Assembly: GCA_021613535.1 (NCBI GenBank) | Contig: CP075497.1 | Span: forward strand, 10,354,001 to 10,418,000 | DNA: 64,000 bases | Source of the DNA: Adineta vaga | Lineage: Eukaryota > Animalia > Rotifera | Reading direction: 5' to 3' | Shown: piece by piece, positions 1-15,100 of the stretch | How the letters are laid out: the number at the start of each line of letters is the position of its first letter | Position numbering within the stretch: position 1 is the first letter of the stretch | Notes under the pieces: generated by a model | Databases searched by the model: none | What the model saw: only the letters and a program-made list of their open reading frames with translations | Told to the model about the DNA's origin: nothing | Translations under genes and position numbers: made by a program

Positions 1-21
1 AACAACAACAACAACAACAAC
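1..21. repeat. (AAC)7 microsatellite
   Basis: Seven AAC units seen directly at the window start. Confidence 0.9.
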
Positions 22-223
22 ACCATACAGCAGTCAACAAAAACGATCGAGAAGCAAAGAGGAAAAAAAAGGGTGAAGATATGATTCGTTCTTTCTTTCT
101 TTTCTCAATAACAACGGGAACTCACCTTGGCAACATTTGAGTTATAGAATTGCCATTAGTGTAACATTATCAACAGGCAAAAAAGAAAAGAAACCATTGC
201 ACAATTAAAGAAAAATATTTACA

Positions 224-1529
224 ATGGATACAGATGAACGAAGTGATACTACACGTCAGTATGGGGCTATGTCAATGGAACAAACCTTGACCGCACCATT
301 GAATAATACGATTGATTTTCTTGTAATAATATAATCAAGGATAAGAAAATGAAATTTTCTCAACTTCTTCTCCTTTTTTTAATTTCTTTAGGGACCCGGA
401 AATGAGTACGGTCAAACAACAGTTAGTTTTGAAGAAATATTAGATGAAGCATCTCGAGAATGTAAGTGTTATTTATAATTAATATGATTAAATTTCTTGT
501 TTTGATCTCATTCGATCTGAATTAACATTCATGTAGAAGAAAATCTATCGCCACAAACCAAATAAGAAATATGTCAGTTGTAATCATTCTTAAAAATGAC
601 TTTCTAAAGGCATAGAAGACGTTATGTTATATAATATATGCAAATTTAGACAGATGTTTCAATAGCCGATTAGCTGATTGGAATATTTATAAATCTATCA
701 ATAGAATATCGAATTATCATTTGAATATTTCTTTTTCTTTTCTAGTTCTCAAATTTGGTTTTAAAAAAATCGCGAAAAAAAATGATTATATTCGAATTGA
801 GAGTATTGGTGATGCCTTTCGTCATGCTGGTCAAAATCCAAGTGAAGATACAGTTAAAGATATGATTGAGAAAGCCAAATCTTTAAAAGAAACACACCAA
901 CGTGATATCGATCCAGGTTTGTAGACATAACATTCTTAAGTCAGAAATCAAATACAAAAAAGTGAAGACGAAGAAAATCAGAATTAATTTTATTCTTTTC
1001 TTTTGTTTGGAGAACTTCAGAAGAAAAGTACTTGAAAAGATTTTTTAATTTTAATTCCATTGACAAATGTTTGTCTATATTGAATGAATAAATGAGTTCT
1101 TAGTTTTCTTTTGTCTATTTTTAAACTAGACGAAAAGGCTGATGATCGTTTAACATTTGCGGATTTTCTAACTATTGTTCATGAATTTTATGTGTCAACT
1201 GAGGACGATAAACAAAAATTACAAGAAGCATTCGATGTACTTGATCCGGAGACTAAATTAAAATTACCGGTTGATAATTTTACATATTTACTTAAAAATT
1301 GTGATTGGCCAGAAGATGATATCGATTTACTTCTTTCGCAGCTCAGTTGTGCAGATGGATTTTTTATTACTGATGGTAATCAGAAAAGCTTATTTGTACT
1401 ACGTCATTTTTTTCTTAATCTTATTTGTTTTTCTTTGTAGATTTACAAAAAATACTTAACACACCCGTTGAATTACCGAAGAAAAAAGGGAAGAAAGGTG
1501 GAAAAGGGAAAAAGAAAGGAAAAAAATGA
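224..1529 (+). CDS. Calmodulin/myosin-light-chain-like EF-hand protein with Lys/Gly-rich C-terminal tail (5 exons)
   Basis: Exons about 224-322, 392-461, 746-916, 1130-1375, 1441-1529 join in frame through GT-AG introns. Motifs DAFRHAGQNPSEDTVKDMI, RLTFADFL and LQEAFDVLD are CaM/MLC-like with degenerate Ca-binding loops. The protein ends KKKGKKGGKGKKKGKK*. Confidence 0.8.
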
Positions 1530-2129
1530 CATTTTTCTTTTATAAATAAATAATCGTCATCAAATAAGCGATGAATATAGCATTTAGTTCATTTTTCTTA
1601 ATTATGATATTACGAAGATTTTTTTTCATGGATACTAATCTATGAATTCCGTAGTTCTTCATCGATCTTCATCAATTATACTAGCAGCTTTTCCTTTCTT
1701 ATTTTTCTTCTGCTCGATTTGCTTTCTGGCCATCAGAGAGAGAGAGAGAGAGTCTTTTACCAGCCGTTTTTGGCCTTGTCGTTAGTCGCCTCCAACAAGC
1801 GTATAAACGAAGAAGTCAATCTTAATAGAAAACATCTGACAGTTCTGAGCGAACTATTCTACAAGACAGTCTTCTGTCATCTAGATATGTCGAAGAAGAA
1901 AAAACGAAGAAGGAACGTTTGCTTTTTATCCAACAAAATCATTTGTACTAAAGTAACAACGATTGGAACATCTCTCATTTCTTGCCATAAGGATATTGTT
2001 CCTTTTCTTTCTCGTTCCTTCATGTCATGTATATTTTATATATTGAGAAGAATTGTCAGCCGAATGTGGATGTCAATACTCGTATACATATATATATATA
2101 TATATTTTTCTTCTGCACCCAAAGACTTG

Positions 2130-2154
2130 ATAATAATAATAATAATAATAATAA
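2130..2154. repeat. (ATA)n microsatellite
   Basis: Seen directly; it produces the poly-Ile run of the spurious 1719..2300 ORF. Confidence 0.85.
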
Positions 2155-2919
2155 TGATACCCTGGATTCTCATTCATAAACTATACGATAGACGACTTCT
2201 TCCAAATGTAATAAATTGGACATATAATTGTGCATTGAAAAAAGGGAACACAACTGTTTATCATAAATTTTTGAAGTGTGCGTTTAGAAAGGTGAAGTGA
2301 CGCTTGAATAAAGGATAGGTGACGTGAAACACACACAGAGGAAACCTTTCTAAAAATTCAAAAACTAATAACAATCACAGCAAGGACATAATCAAATAGT
2401 TGTCTTTCTCACATAATCATTGCGTGTGTCTACGCATATGTATGTCTGTATTATAATATAAGTCCCTTGTTATTTTCTTTTTCTCGTTTTTCTTTTTGTT
2501 TCACTTTAACCCTTTTCGTTTTTCTTGTCAGATTTTCACATCTGTGTTACGCTGTCTTCATGCGTCGATATGTAGCTTGTTTTTTGTTAGTTGTGTAGCC
2601 ACAAACAGCGAATAAGCAGAAACCGAGGCGTAGAAGTAAGTGTGAAAAAAAAACGCAAAATGCACCGCGAGAAAGAAAAAGAGCGATAAAAAATAGAAAA
2701 AAGAAGAACCAAAAATGTGTTTAGTATCTGTACATTAAAAAAAAGAACCTCTTCTTTTTCTCTCACTGTCTGTCTTTCCTTCGTTCGTTCTTCGTCTTTT
2801 TTTTACGTTGCATGTTTCCGCTACGTCGACTGTTTTGCTCTGTCTCCTTTCCCTCTGTTTCTCCTCCTCCTCCTCTCTTGTGGTCGCTCTCTTTGTGGTT
2901 GTTTTCTTTTTTTTCTCTC

Positions 2920-2938
2920 CTCTCTCTCTCTCTCTCTC
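2920..2938. repeat. (CT)n microsatellite in the pyrimidine-rich leader upstream of ADAMTS
   Basis: Seen directly. Confidence 0.85.
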
Positions 2939-3145
2939 ACACTCTCTTTGCGGCCGTCTTTGTGTCCCATCTTCTTCGATTGGGAAGCACTGATGTGTTT
3001 CTAGAGTCTAATGGATGTCAACGGACTGTCGAAATCACCACAATACCCTTATTTAAATCTATTGACGTTCCGTCTTGTTCGTCACAGTCGCTACGACGAC
3101 GCATCAGAACGCTCCTACTATTCATACTGAGCCAGCGTGCTCGAA

Positions 3146-6100
3146 ATGCATTTCGACATATACATGGTTTTCACTGCCATCGTTACTACCCTCTTATGTT
3201 CGTTACCGTCATCCTTGTCAACTTTTATTGCCACTCAAGCCAGTTCAGTCATAACAACAAGTGAGCTATTATTTTTCTGATTAAATTTAATTATTTAGGT
3301 TTTATGTCTTCTCATTGTCATGAACACTTTATATTGATTTGCTAGACAACTATAAGTAAATGTATATATAGACTGAAATCGATTTCACTAGTGGTATGCC
3401 ATAAGGTGATATGATGATGTAATTTGATCTCTAATCTGTATCAATTCAGTAATAATTGAGTGTTCCTTTTCTTCGTATTTCTTTTTTCTTTATGTGCCGT
3501 TATTGCCGACTCGCGATTAAATTTGATATATAGTTATAGATACGTGTATAAATGTATATATATATATATACATATAAATATAAACGTGTATATAAATATA
3601 CATGAATTAACACGGCAGGCAACCTTGGAAGAATCTAGGGAGTTAGGTAATGATACGACACAATTCTGCCGCTCGGTTGTATTTGCTTCTGTGTTTTTTT
3701 ACACTGGTGAGAGACGTTGCGTCGCCGTGATGTTGTTTTCATGTAGGAAAACAACGTCAGCTAAATGGTGGTTAATGACACTCATTCGCGCGCAACAATA
3801 CTAATAGGCGGTAGAAGAATAGAAAAAAAACACACATACAAACACACAGAATTCGCATTACAAATTCTTGTTTTTTGTTTGATGTCAGGTAGCTTTAGTA
3901 TTGATTTTTTTTGCATAAAATAGTATGCATAATAATGATATATAAAGAGAAACGGATCCTGATTTTTTTGTTTATCTTTATATTGAATGTATATTGATCA
4001 ATCGATCGATCAGCACAACTGCTATGTGCAGATGATTGACGTACAAGCCACAGTCGTCTAACGTGTCAAAAAACCGCTATCATACGGTAGAAAAGAAAAG
4101 AAAGCTAACCACATATAGGCATATAATATACACATACATATGCATCGTTCTTCTTCTATATCATTTAATCTTAATCAAGATTATGTCACCTTGATAAGAT
4201 ATATTCACATAATATTTTGGAAGAAGTTTGATTCTCAAGAGAAAAAAATGCTTTTGACTGATTTTGATTAATTTCTTCGAGGTTAATCATAATAGTAATC
4301 TATAATAGATAATGAAAACATGTTTTCAAGACAACGATTTTAGTTTTACATATATACACATACATACAGTTCGCAAGCAGTCGAATGTCTCGACATTTAG
4401 TTTACTCATCTGTTATCTTATAAGACGATGTTTTCTCGGTATGCTTGCATACATACACACACACACTTTTTCTTTTATTGACTAAATGAGACCAGTAGCA
4501 TGAAGGCTATTGCCACATAGAGATGTTAAACTCTTATTGTTGAGAGTGACAAGCAAAAGAAAACCTTGCCATCAATGTTGTTGATGATTGTGTATAGAAG
4601 ATGATTCATATAAAAAAATCTCTTTCATGGTTTCGTTTGATGAGATAAAATCAATTATAGAAATGTTATTTTACTAGTATTATGTAATAAATGCGTGCAC
4701 AATCACTTGATAAGAGACGTGGCTAGGCGCTTACAGACGTGTACATGTCTATTTATCTATGAATTTCTATTGCTTCGTATGCTTCTTCATATGAAAGCTC
4801 ATCAAATCTGATTTCATCTTTAACAAGACTAATTCAACAAATGCATCGATCTTCTTTTGCTCATTTGAAATTAACAGTTCGACTATTCATTTCTACTTAA
4901 CATCGAACAAATATCTTTTTTTTTCGTCATATGAGATGATATTATAAGCTTATGCCGTGCCTAGAAATAAATAGTTTCGTGTCACAAAATCGTATCTTTT
5001 TCTCTACTCTCTTTCTCTCTCTCTTCTCTTACTTTGTTTTTTACACAAAGGTCAAATAAATCTACGTTGCATCTGTCTGCAAAAAAAATGCACTGCACTT
5101 GACAGCAGCCTTCATTGAAAGTGTTTACTGTTACTGTAGCAGAGATAACATATATACACATTGACAAATAGATATATGATTATGTTGTATATGAGGAAAA
5201 AAATGTGGGAAAGAGTTTGTGAGATAAATCTGACTCGAGACAAAAACGACAAGTGTGCCCTTTGTATTACATGGCACAAAATATTTGATCTCTTCACCTA
5301 TATTTTGATTGGGTTTTTTTAACTTTCCTTCGTTTTTTTTTAACGAAATAGAACACTCGCTTCAAAAGATAACAAACGAGTGATCTTTACAAATAGAAGA
5401 CAGTTATAAAATCAACATGCTCTTGCAAATGTTCGCATTATACAAATAAATAATCATTAGCAATCGATATAAGATCTTTGAGCCATCGTTATCGATAATA
5501 TTACCAAGAGTACAGACAATTGCGTGAAAATCTATCGATAGAAAAGATCGTCTTTCACGTTTTCTAATCCTTCTAATCGATAAAGAAATATATATAACGC
5601 CGAAGGACGCTATGCAAGCACACCTCTCTCTCTCTCTTTGCGTGTATATAAATTTACATATTTGCTTTTAATATAATAAGAAATAGTCTTTTTTTTCATT
5701 GATATCTTTAACTGTCTGTAAATATCTATAAGCAAATACACATCTTTGTGTATCAATACAAAGTCACTCGTTTCTTTTCTCATCAGATAAATTAATGATA
5801 AAAAAAAGCGATTTAACGCATCTCACATATGCAAGCGAAGGCAATCAGGCGGAATAAAAGAAAACATCGGATATATTACTTATAACTACGACAAAAAAAA
5901 CAAGAGAATATTCGATAAGATATATATATTCATTTATAGAGAGAACTATTTGTACTGAAGGAGGAGTCGAAGAAGAACAAGGTTATATATGATTAATGAT
6001 CATTATTGAGATTGTATATGTATGTCTATTCATCTGAAATACTAATATCCAACATTTGTTAACACATTGAAATATGTATATGTATATAAACAAATTGAAT

Positions 6101-9100
6101 GAGCATTACTGATCGATTTCTTCTTCTAATGTATAGTATCAAATGTACAATTTAGATAGAATATCTATCGATATTAGAAAAACAGAACATTTTAAATGAT
6201 TTAGAATGACAAAAAAATGTGATGTAAGAACTGATTTCTTTTTAGACACGGTCGACCAAGAACAATTTAACTATGAAATTGTCATTCCCCAATCGATACG
6301 ATCTTCACGATCATTCTCATTTGTACCTGATTGGAAAGCTCGATTAAGAGATAAAGATCATATTCGTCTTAAACGTTCTCAACAATCTCTTCCTGATCAT
6401 TCAAACACAACTTTACACTATCGTATCTATGGTTTTAATCAAACATTTGATTTAAGTTTAATTGAAGACGAAGTATTTCTCGCACCATCATTTGTTATTC
6501 AGCATTATAATGAAAATCAAACATGGTTAACAAAAGATATTGAACATTGTTTTTATAAAGGTCATATTAATCAAAATCCTTTGTCGACTGTATCAATCAG
6601 TTTATGTCACGGTTTGGTATGTATCATTCATTCAATTAATATGAAAGCCATATGTAAGACTGTCTTGTCAAGAAAAAGAAAAAAAAAGAAAGTTCGACTT
6701 CTATCAATACGAACTGACAGAACGATAGACAATCTGTTGATATAACTATGTTTGTTCTTAATTAACAAATCAACCTTGAGTTAATTAGAAAATATCAATT
6801 GAATTAACAGTAATCTCTTGTGTATAAAGGGAAAAAAAGACACTTTTGTACGAAACCTTAAAATAATCTATTTGTAAAGAGACCTCTAAAACTCTCCTTC
6901 TCAAACTTTCAAAGGTTTCGTACATACTACTTTGTTTCAATACGTACAAAAAAGGTTTCATCAATAAAAAAAGTTAATTATTCGACACTTCTTTTTAGTT
7001 AGGTACATTTGTTCATAATGATGTGGAATACTTCATTGAACCTAAACATCATGACAATGCAACAAAATGGAATTTTGAACATTTATTCTATACTCATAAA
7101 GATTCTATTGAATCAATTACAGATGATAAACAATCAGTACGATGTCCGGTCGATGGTAAAATTCTCTAAAAATATCGTTTAAATCTATTTCAAATCTTTT
7201 AGGTATTCCCTATTTTGAAAAAGTTCAATCCTATCCTCATTATCATCGAACTCGAAAACAACGATTGCGAAAATCTTCTCCAAAACTCTCCATATCTGTC
7301 GACAATGATCTGGCACATACTTATAATACAAATCATTTGAAACGTCGAGCGAAACGTCAAAGTGATCTCGATCCAACAGCTAAACATGTTGAAGTACTTG
7401 TCGCTTACGATGACTCAATAAAACAATTCCATTCAGATATTGATATCAAATCTTACATTCTTACCCTTTTTAGCTATGTAAGTTTTCCGAATATAATCTG
7501 TTGATTTGAAAGACTTTCTTTGTTCTTTTCTCTCTCTCTCTCTTTCTTTAAGGTATCACATTTATATTCGGATGCAAGCATCGGTAATAATATTAAAATA
7601 TGGCTGGTCAAATTAGTCGATCTAGATGCAGCATTCACTGTAAGATATTATTTTAAAGAAAATAAATAGTATTGTTCTATTGTTTTACTTCTATCTCAGA
7701 GATACATAACATCAAGTGATGATGCTGCAGATATATTAGGTACATTTTGTAAATGGCAGAAAGATTACAATGATGTAGATACATATGATACAGCTGTTCT
7801 TTTAACTAGGTAAAATATCACATTTTCTTAAATCGTTTTTTGTTTTCACATTTAGTCTGATATTTAGAACACCTCTATGCAATAAACGAGCCAAAAATGT
7901 TACTGATAGTAAATGTGACACATTAGGATTAACTGAATTAGGTACATTGTGTAATAAAACCTCAAAATGCGCTGTTGTACGTGATAACGGATTTGCTACT
8001 GCATTTACAATTGCTCATGAAATTGCTCATTTGTAAGAAAAATTATTTCAAATAAAAACAAACAAATCTGATTTTTTTCTCTCTTCAAATATAGATTTGG
8101 TATTCGACATGATAATGACAAAGCATGTTTAGATCATACGAAAGAACAAAATATTATGGCTACATCTCTCACATTTAATCATAATCATTACAAATGGTCG
8201 AATTGTAGTCGCCATTATTTTACTCAATATCTTGAGTATGTATCAAACATTTCCTGAAACAGTATTTTTGTATCATTTAAACTAGCCATAGTTTTTGTCA
8301 AATAGGCATAACTATATTAAATTGTACTATCTATCAGATGAGAGTATACTTGCAAGGTTAAATAGTATAGTCGAAATGGGTTATCTAAGAGCGTGACTAT
8401 AGATTGTTGAATCTGAGAAATATCAACGATTGATTTGATAACCTGCGTATTTTGTCCATCTTCTTTTGATATACGATCGACAAAATCTATTATTCAGACA
8501 ATTTCTAAGTATTCAACTAACTACATAGATCACGTATCTATCTTCTATTCTTCTCATCAGACAAAATGAAGACTTTTGGATAAATAATTCAATGTGTCTA
8601 TGCATAAAATGCTACATTAGTATGCGTACAATATTAGTCTATTAATATTCCGTTAATGATTTCTAGTAATAGCGAAAATATCGTGTGCAGAAGGAGAACG
8701 ACATGACAAGGTCAAAAACTATTTTTCTGTTTATTCGTAAAACCGAGTGCAGATTTTACACAAAGAATCGAATTGAATTACTTTTCTATTGTTTTCTTTT
8801 TTAGATCGGATCGATACCAATGTTTAAATAATATTCCTGATTACAAATCTTCATCATGGAAAGATCTGAATGCTGAACAAACAGCACGTCAACTACCCGG
8901 TCGTTTTAGTGATCTCGATGCTCAATGTCGTCGAGCATTTGGTATTAGTTTTGAATATTGTCGAGATCTTAGTCATGGAGTAAATATCTATCATTTATGA
9001 TAATTGATTTCATCTTATTCAAAACAATTTCTTCTCATTTTTAGCCAAAATGTCATCGTTTATATTGTCGTGAAAGATTCTCAAATTTATCCTCATGTAT

Positions 9101-12100
9101 AACAAATCATGCTCATTGGTCTGATGGTACACAATGTTCTGTCTCATATTCAGAAATCAAAGTAAGCAGATACAAACAACATACCTGTGTTATCATCATT
9201 GACTTTTCGCAAGCTTCTAATCGATAAGAATAAAACAGTTCGTTCGAATACGTGGTTTCGTAGACAGTTGAATAGAATGAATAATATGTGTCTATATTTT
9301 CTGTTCTGTCTGCATATGCAAGCATGCATACACGTATATACTTTTTACTTGACAAGGACGAGAACTACGCAAGAAAAAAAGATATATTATGACATATCAA
9401 GGACTTTTAATGAAACGAAGATGCATTTATTTCTTATAGAGATGTTTTCGCGGAGATTGTCGAAGTACACATGAACTTCAAGTAATCAATGGAAATTGGG
9501 GAGATTGGTCATCATGGTCACCATGTACACGTACATGTGGTAGTGCTGTACAAAAATCACAACGTTATTGTGATAATCCAAAGTCAGTCAACGTTAACTC
9601 ATAATTTTAATTCTGAATCAATTTGATCTTTTAGACCAGAGAATGGTGGAAAATATTGTTCTGGTCAATCAACTCGAATACGATCATGTGAAGATAATCC
9701 AGTAAATAATTCTGATGATGATGATTTCGATATGAATAATATGAATTTTACTTTATCTAGCCTTGCAAAGATCCAATTGATATGTTTCGTTTGCGTCAAT
9801 GTTCGGTATTTAATAATCGTACGATTGATCCTTCATTACCCTTTGGTACACGATTTGAACCGAAATATAATGGTAAATTTTGATTTAAACATTTCCTGGA
9901 ATGAATAGTTGATATTTATTTTCTAAATTTAGTTCTATCCAGTGAGAGATGTAAATTGATTTGTAAAGTATCTGATGATCGTCTTGAACGATCATTTGTT
10001 CTTGGTGATCGCGTTGAAGATGGAACACCATGTGGACGTGAAGAAGAAACGAGAGATATTTGTATTAATGGTGTTTGTATGCCCATCGGTTGCGATCAAA
10101 AATATGGATCTAATGCGACAGAAGATGTTTGTGGAGTTTGTAATGGACAAAATCGAACATGTAAATTATCTAGTGGACAAAAACGAGTCTCAGATTTTGG
10201 TTCGTTGAATAAGATTCTTTTTTCTTGCGAAGAAATATAATCTTTGATTTCATTAGGAATTACAAATATAGTCGATATTCCTATGAATACAACACGTGTC
10301 AATGTTGTACAGATATCATCAGGAAATGATCGATATTATCTAGGTAAGATATTGATATTGATCACATTCAATTCTATGCTTATTTTTATTCAGCGGTTAA
10401 ACATGCTAATGGAACCTATGTTTTAAATGGCATACATAGTCTTCAATTGTATAATGTTAAACTTCGTATAGGTACTGCTACACTTTCCTATACAGGATCA
10501 GATTCAGGAAATGAAACAGTAACCATAACGGGTCGTCTTAAAGTTCCATTAGAAATTCAAGTTATATCAATATATCAAGCGGGTGCTCCACCAACATCTG
10601 TTGTATGGGAATATTATTCACCATTTGATGAAACTGATTTATCAAGACAGTATGGTGATGAATCTTCAGATTATTATTGCGATCGACCATGTCAAGGTTT
10701 CAAACAAGTACAAAAATGTCTTATACATGGAAGAGAATATGATACAGTCTATTGTTCATCATATAAAATACCATATACATATGAAAAAGAAAGTTGTAAT
10801 AATGATTGTCTTCTCAGGTAAAATTCCTTCTGAGAAAAGAATTTTTTTCTCTTTTAATTGAAACATTTATTTTTCGTAGTTGGAATACACGTTATCAACA
10901 AGCTTGCTCAACTCGGTGCGGTGATGGATATAAACGTGTGATATATGAGTGTACAAAAACAAGTACTACTGATCGAACTATGGAATCGCTTGATGAAAAT
11001 TCTTGTCGAAGATATGTTGGAGAAAAACCTGCTGATGTAGTGTCATGTGTTGGTGATTGTACAGGAACAGGATGGGTTTATGGAAATTGGGGCGAAGTAT
11101 GTGCAGATTTTGTTAATTCTAGATTGTTATCTAAAATAATTATAGTGTCATTACGATGGTGGTTGCGTACGTAAACGTACAGCGGATTGCCGCAATGCAT
11201 CAAATGTATCTACATCGTCTCATTATTGTGTATCAGATTTCATTTATAATACAGAACGATGTGCAGAAGCATCATGTGATCAATCAAGATGGAACTATAC
11301 CTCATGGTCAAATGTTTGTATCAAACTATCTCAATTTCATTCTAGAAATTTCCTTTTCTAAATTGATTGTTTCAGTGTGATTGTATTTCAAAACGTCGTC
11401 AGCGAAGTGTAACATGTGTTCGAAATGGTAAACAAGTCAATGATCGTGAATGTCAACATGAACCAAAACCAGATGAAACTGTATCTTGTTATGATGAGTG
11501 TCCTGTATCAGCTCAATGGGAAGCACAATCATGGGAACCAGTATGTGGCTTGTTTTTTTATTCAATCAGTTTGATTCATCTTTTCTCTTTTTATATTAGT
11601 GTACAGCAACTTGTGCGTCGCAACAAGGTATTCATCGACGTCGTGTTGTATGTACACATTACGGTTCAATTGTCCAAGATGGTTATTGTGATCCAAGATT
11701 AAAACCTATTGAACAAGAATGGTGCTCAACAAATGTAACTTGTACTACATGGTTAATGAGTGAATGGTCACCTGTACGTATTGAGAATAAAATTTTGATA
11801 GTTCTCTCATCGAATAATATCTATTTTTTTTTGCTGTTTTCTTTTCTAGTGTTCAGTTACATGTGGAAAAGGTATTCAAAGACGTGCAGTAGTATGTCAT
11901 CAAGATGGTAGATCAATGGATCAATCGAAGTGTCCGCAACCTATGCCCACTGAACAACAAACCTGTCAGGCAGCTGATAGTATTCTATGTTCAACATTAC
12001 GTTGGTCAAATGGACCATGGACTGATGTAAATAAATTGAAATTTTTTGAAAGAAATCTAATTTCTATAAAACTTTCCTTTCATGTTTACTAGTGCTCAGT

Positions 12101-15100
12101 AACTTGTGGTACTGGTATTCAACAACGAAGTGTTTATTGTCATGACTCAGCGCGTCCTTCATCTCTAATACCAGATATTGAATGTTTAACCGTATTAGGA
12201 GATAAGACAAAACCAAATCATCGACAAACTTGTGTGATTAATGAGTGTCCTCAATGGCAAACAAGTTCATGGAGTAAATGTTCAGGAAAATGTGGTTCTG
12301 CCGTACATCATCGACGTGTATGGTGCTTATACAATGGCCAAGAAGTTGAAGACAGTTATTGTACACATCTTGGTGACAAGCCATTTGCAACTGAAGCATG
12401 TCATACAGGTTTATATTGTCCTGAATGGACAACTGGAATGTGGTCAGAAGTATGATAAATAAACATATGTATGCGTGAAAGTCACTCAGATTGTTTCTTC
12501 TCTCTTAGTGTTCGGCTCAAATGTGTTCAACAGGTATGCAATATCGACAAGTTGTTTGTCGACAAGATGATGAAACAATATCAAATATGAATTGTGATGA
12601 AGCATCAAGACCATCAGAACTACAAGCATGTCAGACCTATAATAGTACAATCTGTTCCGTAATTCGACCATACTCCACATTAGAAACGATGTCATCATAT
12701 ATATGGGATGTTAAACAATTCGGAGAAGTAAATAGTTAAAAAAAGATAAATATTTTGATAAAATGAATTATCTAATTTCGTTAATATCTTTAGTGCAGCG
12801 CAACATGTGGTGTTGGTCGACGTTCACGACAAGTTCATTGTATTGATAGTTTAACAAAAGTATCTTATAATGATCAATATTGTGCTCAATTACCAATAAA
12901 ACCAGTTGAATATGAAACATGTCATATGAATTCATGTCCTGCCTGGTATACTGATCCCTGGTCACCGGTAAAGTTCTTCTATTTGAACAGTCTATTGTTG
13001 ATCTAGATTCTTTTCTTCAAAATAAATAATTTTAGTGTACAGTGACATGTGGTTCAGGTACTCAACATCGCATAGTGACATGTAAAAGTGGAGATGAAAT
13101 TGTATCACCTAACAAATGTAATGGTCTGAATAGGCCTGCAGCAACAATGCAGTGTCATACTATTCCTTGTGCATTAGGTGCAAGTTATAACAATAATTTA
13201 TCGCCATCGGGAGCAACATGGATACCAAGTGAATGGGAACAGGTTTGTTGTATGTAATAAAAATTCGTATGAATAATTTCGTGTTTATAAAAGTGTGATC
13301 GTCAAACGTGTCAACAAACACGAACCGTTCGTTGTATTGACACTATGAATGCTCGAATTTTGCCACCATGGAATTGTACAAAAAATCAACCTCAACCATC
13401 ATCCAATCGAACATGCCGAATATCAGCTTGTATAGAATGGCGTGTAGCACGTTGGAATAGCGTAAATGATTTGATGTTACATCGATGATTTTATATCTGA
13501 AATCAAAATTTGATTTTAGTGTTCGGTCAAATGTGGTCGTGGTTTTCAATATGGTTTTGGTCTTAGTTGTTTCACTCGTCAGATGCCTATACGTGAAATA
13601 AATACAAGTGAATGTGAATTAGCTGAACCTCAATTATCTACACCTCTCACTAGACGAGAATGTCGTCGAAGTTGTGTAGAATGGCGAACAAGTGATTGGT
13701 CAGAGGTAAAGTTTAATGGAATTATTAGTTTCGCTTTGGAATGTGCTCATAGAATAATTAGCATGTATTTTAGTAGTTTCTCGGGAAATTTTCAAATCAT
13801 TAGTGTCAAATAGATAGATTAGAGCTTGAATATTGCATGTATATAATTAGTAAAAGAATGAAATTTTTTTTCTCTGAATATTTTTCTTGATATGCGCGCA
13901 TGTACATACATACGGGCACACACACACAGATACACACTCACGTTCAATATGGTTCGACATATCTATATATACATATTTCCTGATCATTTCATTAAATATA
14001 CATATGTATATATATATTGTTTTTATGTTCTGTATCACTATTTATCTTCATCAGATTTCGACGAGAAGAATACTAATTCTATCTGTGCTTTTCGTCATAA
14101 TCTGTTTACCTTCGATATTCATGATATGCATATATACACTATTGTCACTCTATTCAAATATATGCAGTAATACTATCTCTGTTCCTCCCAAAAATCCTAT
14201 GGTTCTATGTATATATATCTAACAGTGTGATGCCCAATGTGGTACAGGCAAAAAAGTTCGACAAGTAACCTGTCATCGAAAATTAAATAAACAACAAGTT
14301 CCTGAACAAATGTGTTTACAAAAACGACGAAATTTAATACGACCCATAGCTGAAGAAATATGTATACAACCTTCATGTTATAAATGGATTTCAACAGAAA
14401 ATTGGAGTCAAGTATGTTTTGTTTTCTCTTGATGTATCTTACGAAATATCTAATTGTTGTTTTGATAGTGTTCGGCAATATGTAATGGCGGTTTTGAAGA
14501 AAATATCTATCGTTGTGTTTTTACTGGAAATTCAACTGAACAAATAGTTGATAATCGATTATGTCATGATATTCTTCGACCACAAATACGTCGTTCATGT
14601 AATAGTCAACCATGTTTATCACAAATATATAATGTCACAAAACGACGAGGACGTCGTCGTCGATGGGAAGTTGGTCAATGGTCACCGGTAAATATTTTGT
14701 CTTCATCGAAAAAATATCTTCATTTGAAACTATTTTCAATTCTTGTATATTTAGTGTAATGTCCCATGTGGTGTTGGTGAACAATATCGAGTAGTAAGGT
14801 GTTTAGTTATATTTCGAAATCGAACAATACCAGATCGTCATTGTCGACATTTATCACAACCGAATCGTGTACAACAATGTTTTCAACTTGCTTGTACACC
14901 AATGTGGACAACACATTCTTGGTCATTGGTATGTCGACAGAAAAGCATTGAACAAGAAAAAAAATACGAGATCTTTCTTTATTCTAGTGCACATCGGCAT
15001 GTGGTGCAGGTATTGAATATCGAGGTATATCTTGTCATGAAGTCAATAATAATGGATATCTATTAAAACATAATTATTCAAATCAATGTGATCCATATCG

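Noticed and set aside
1719-3804. ORFs 1719..2300, 2717..3004, 2808..2993, 2812..3264 and 3460..3804
   Set aside because: They are translations of AT, ATA and CT microsatellites and pyrimidine tracts with no domain signal. The real coding exon here is 3146-3260, in another frame.
13847-14222. Overlapping hydrophobic ORFs in an ADAMTS intron
   Set aside because: They derive from CA and TA repeats, look equally open in several frames, and have no motifs.
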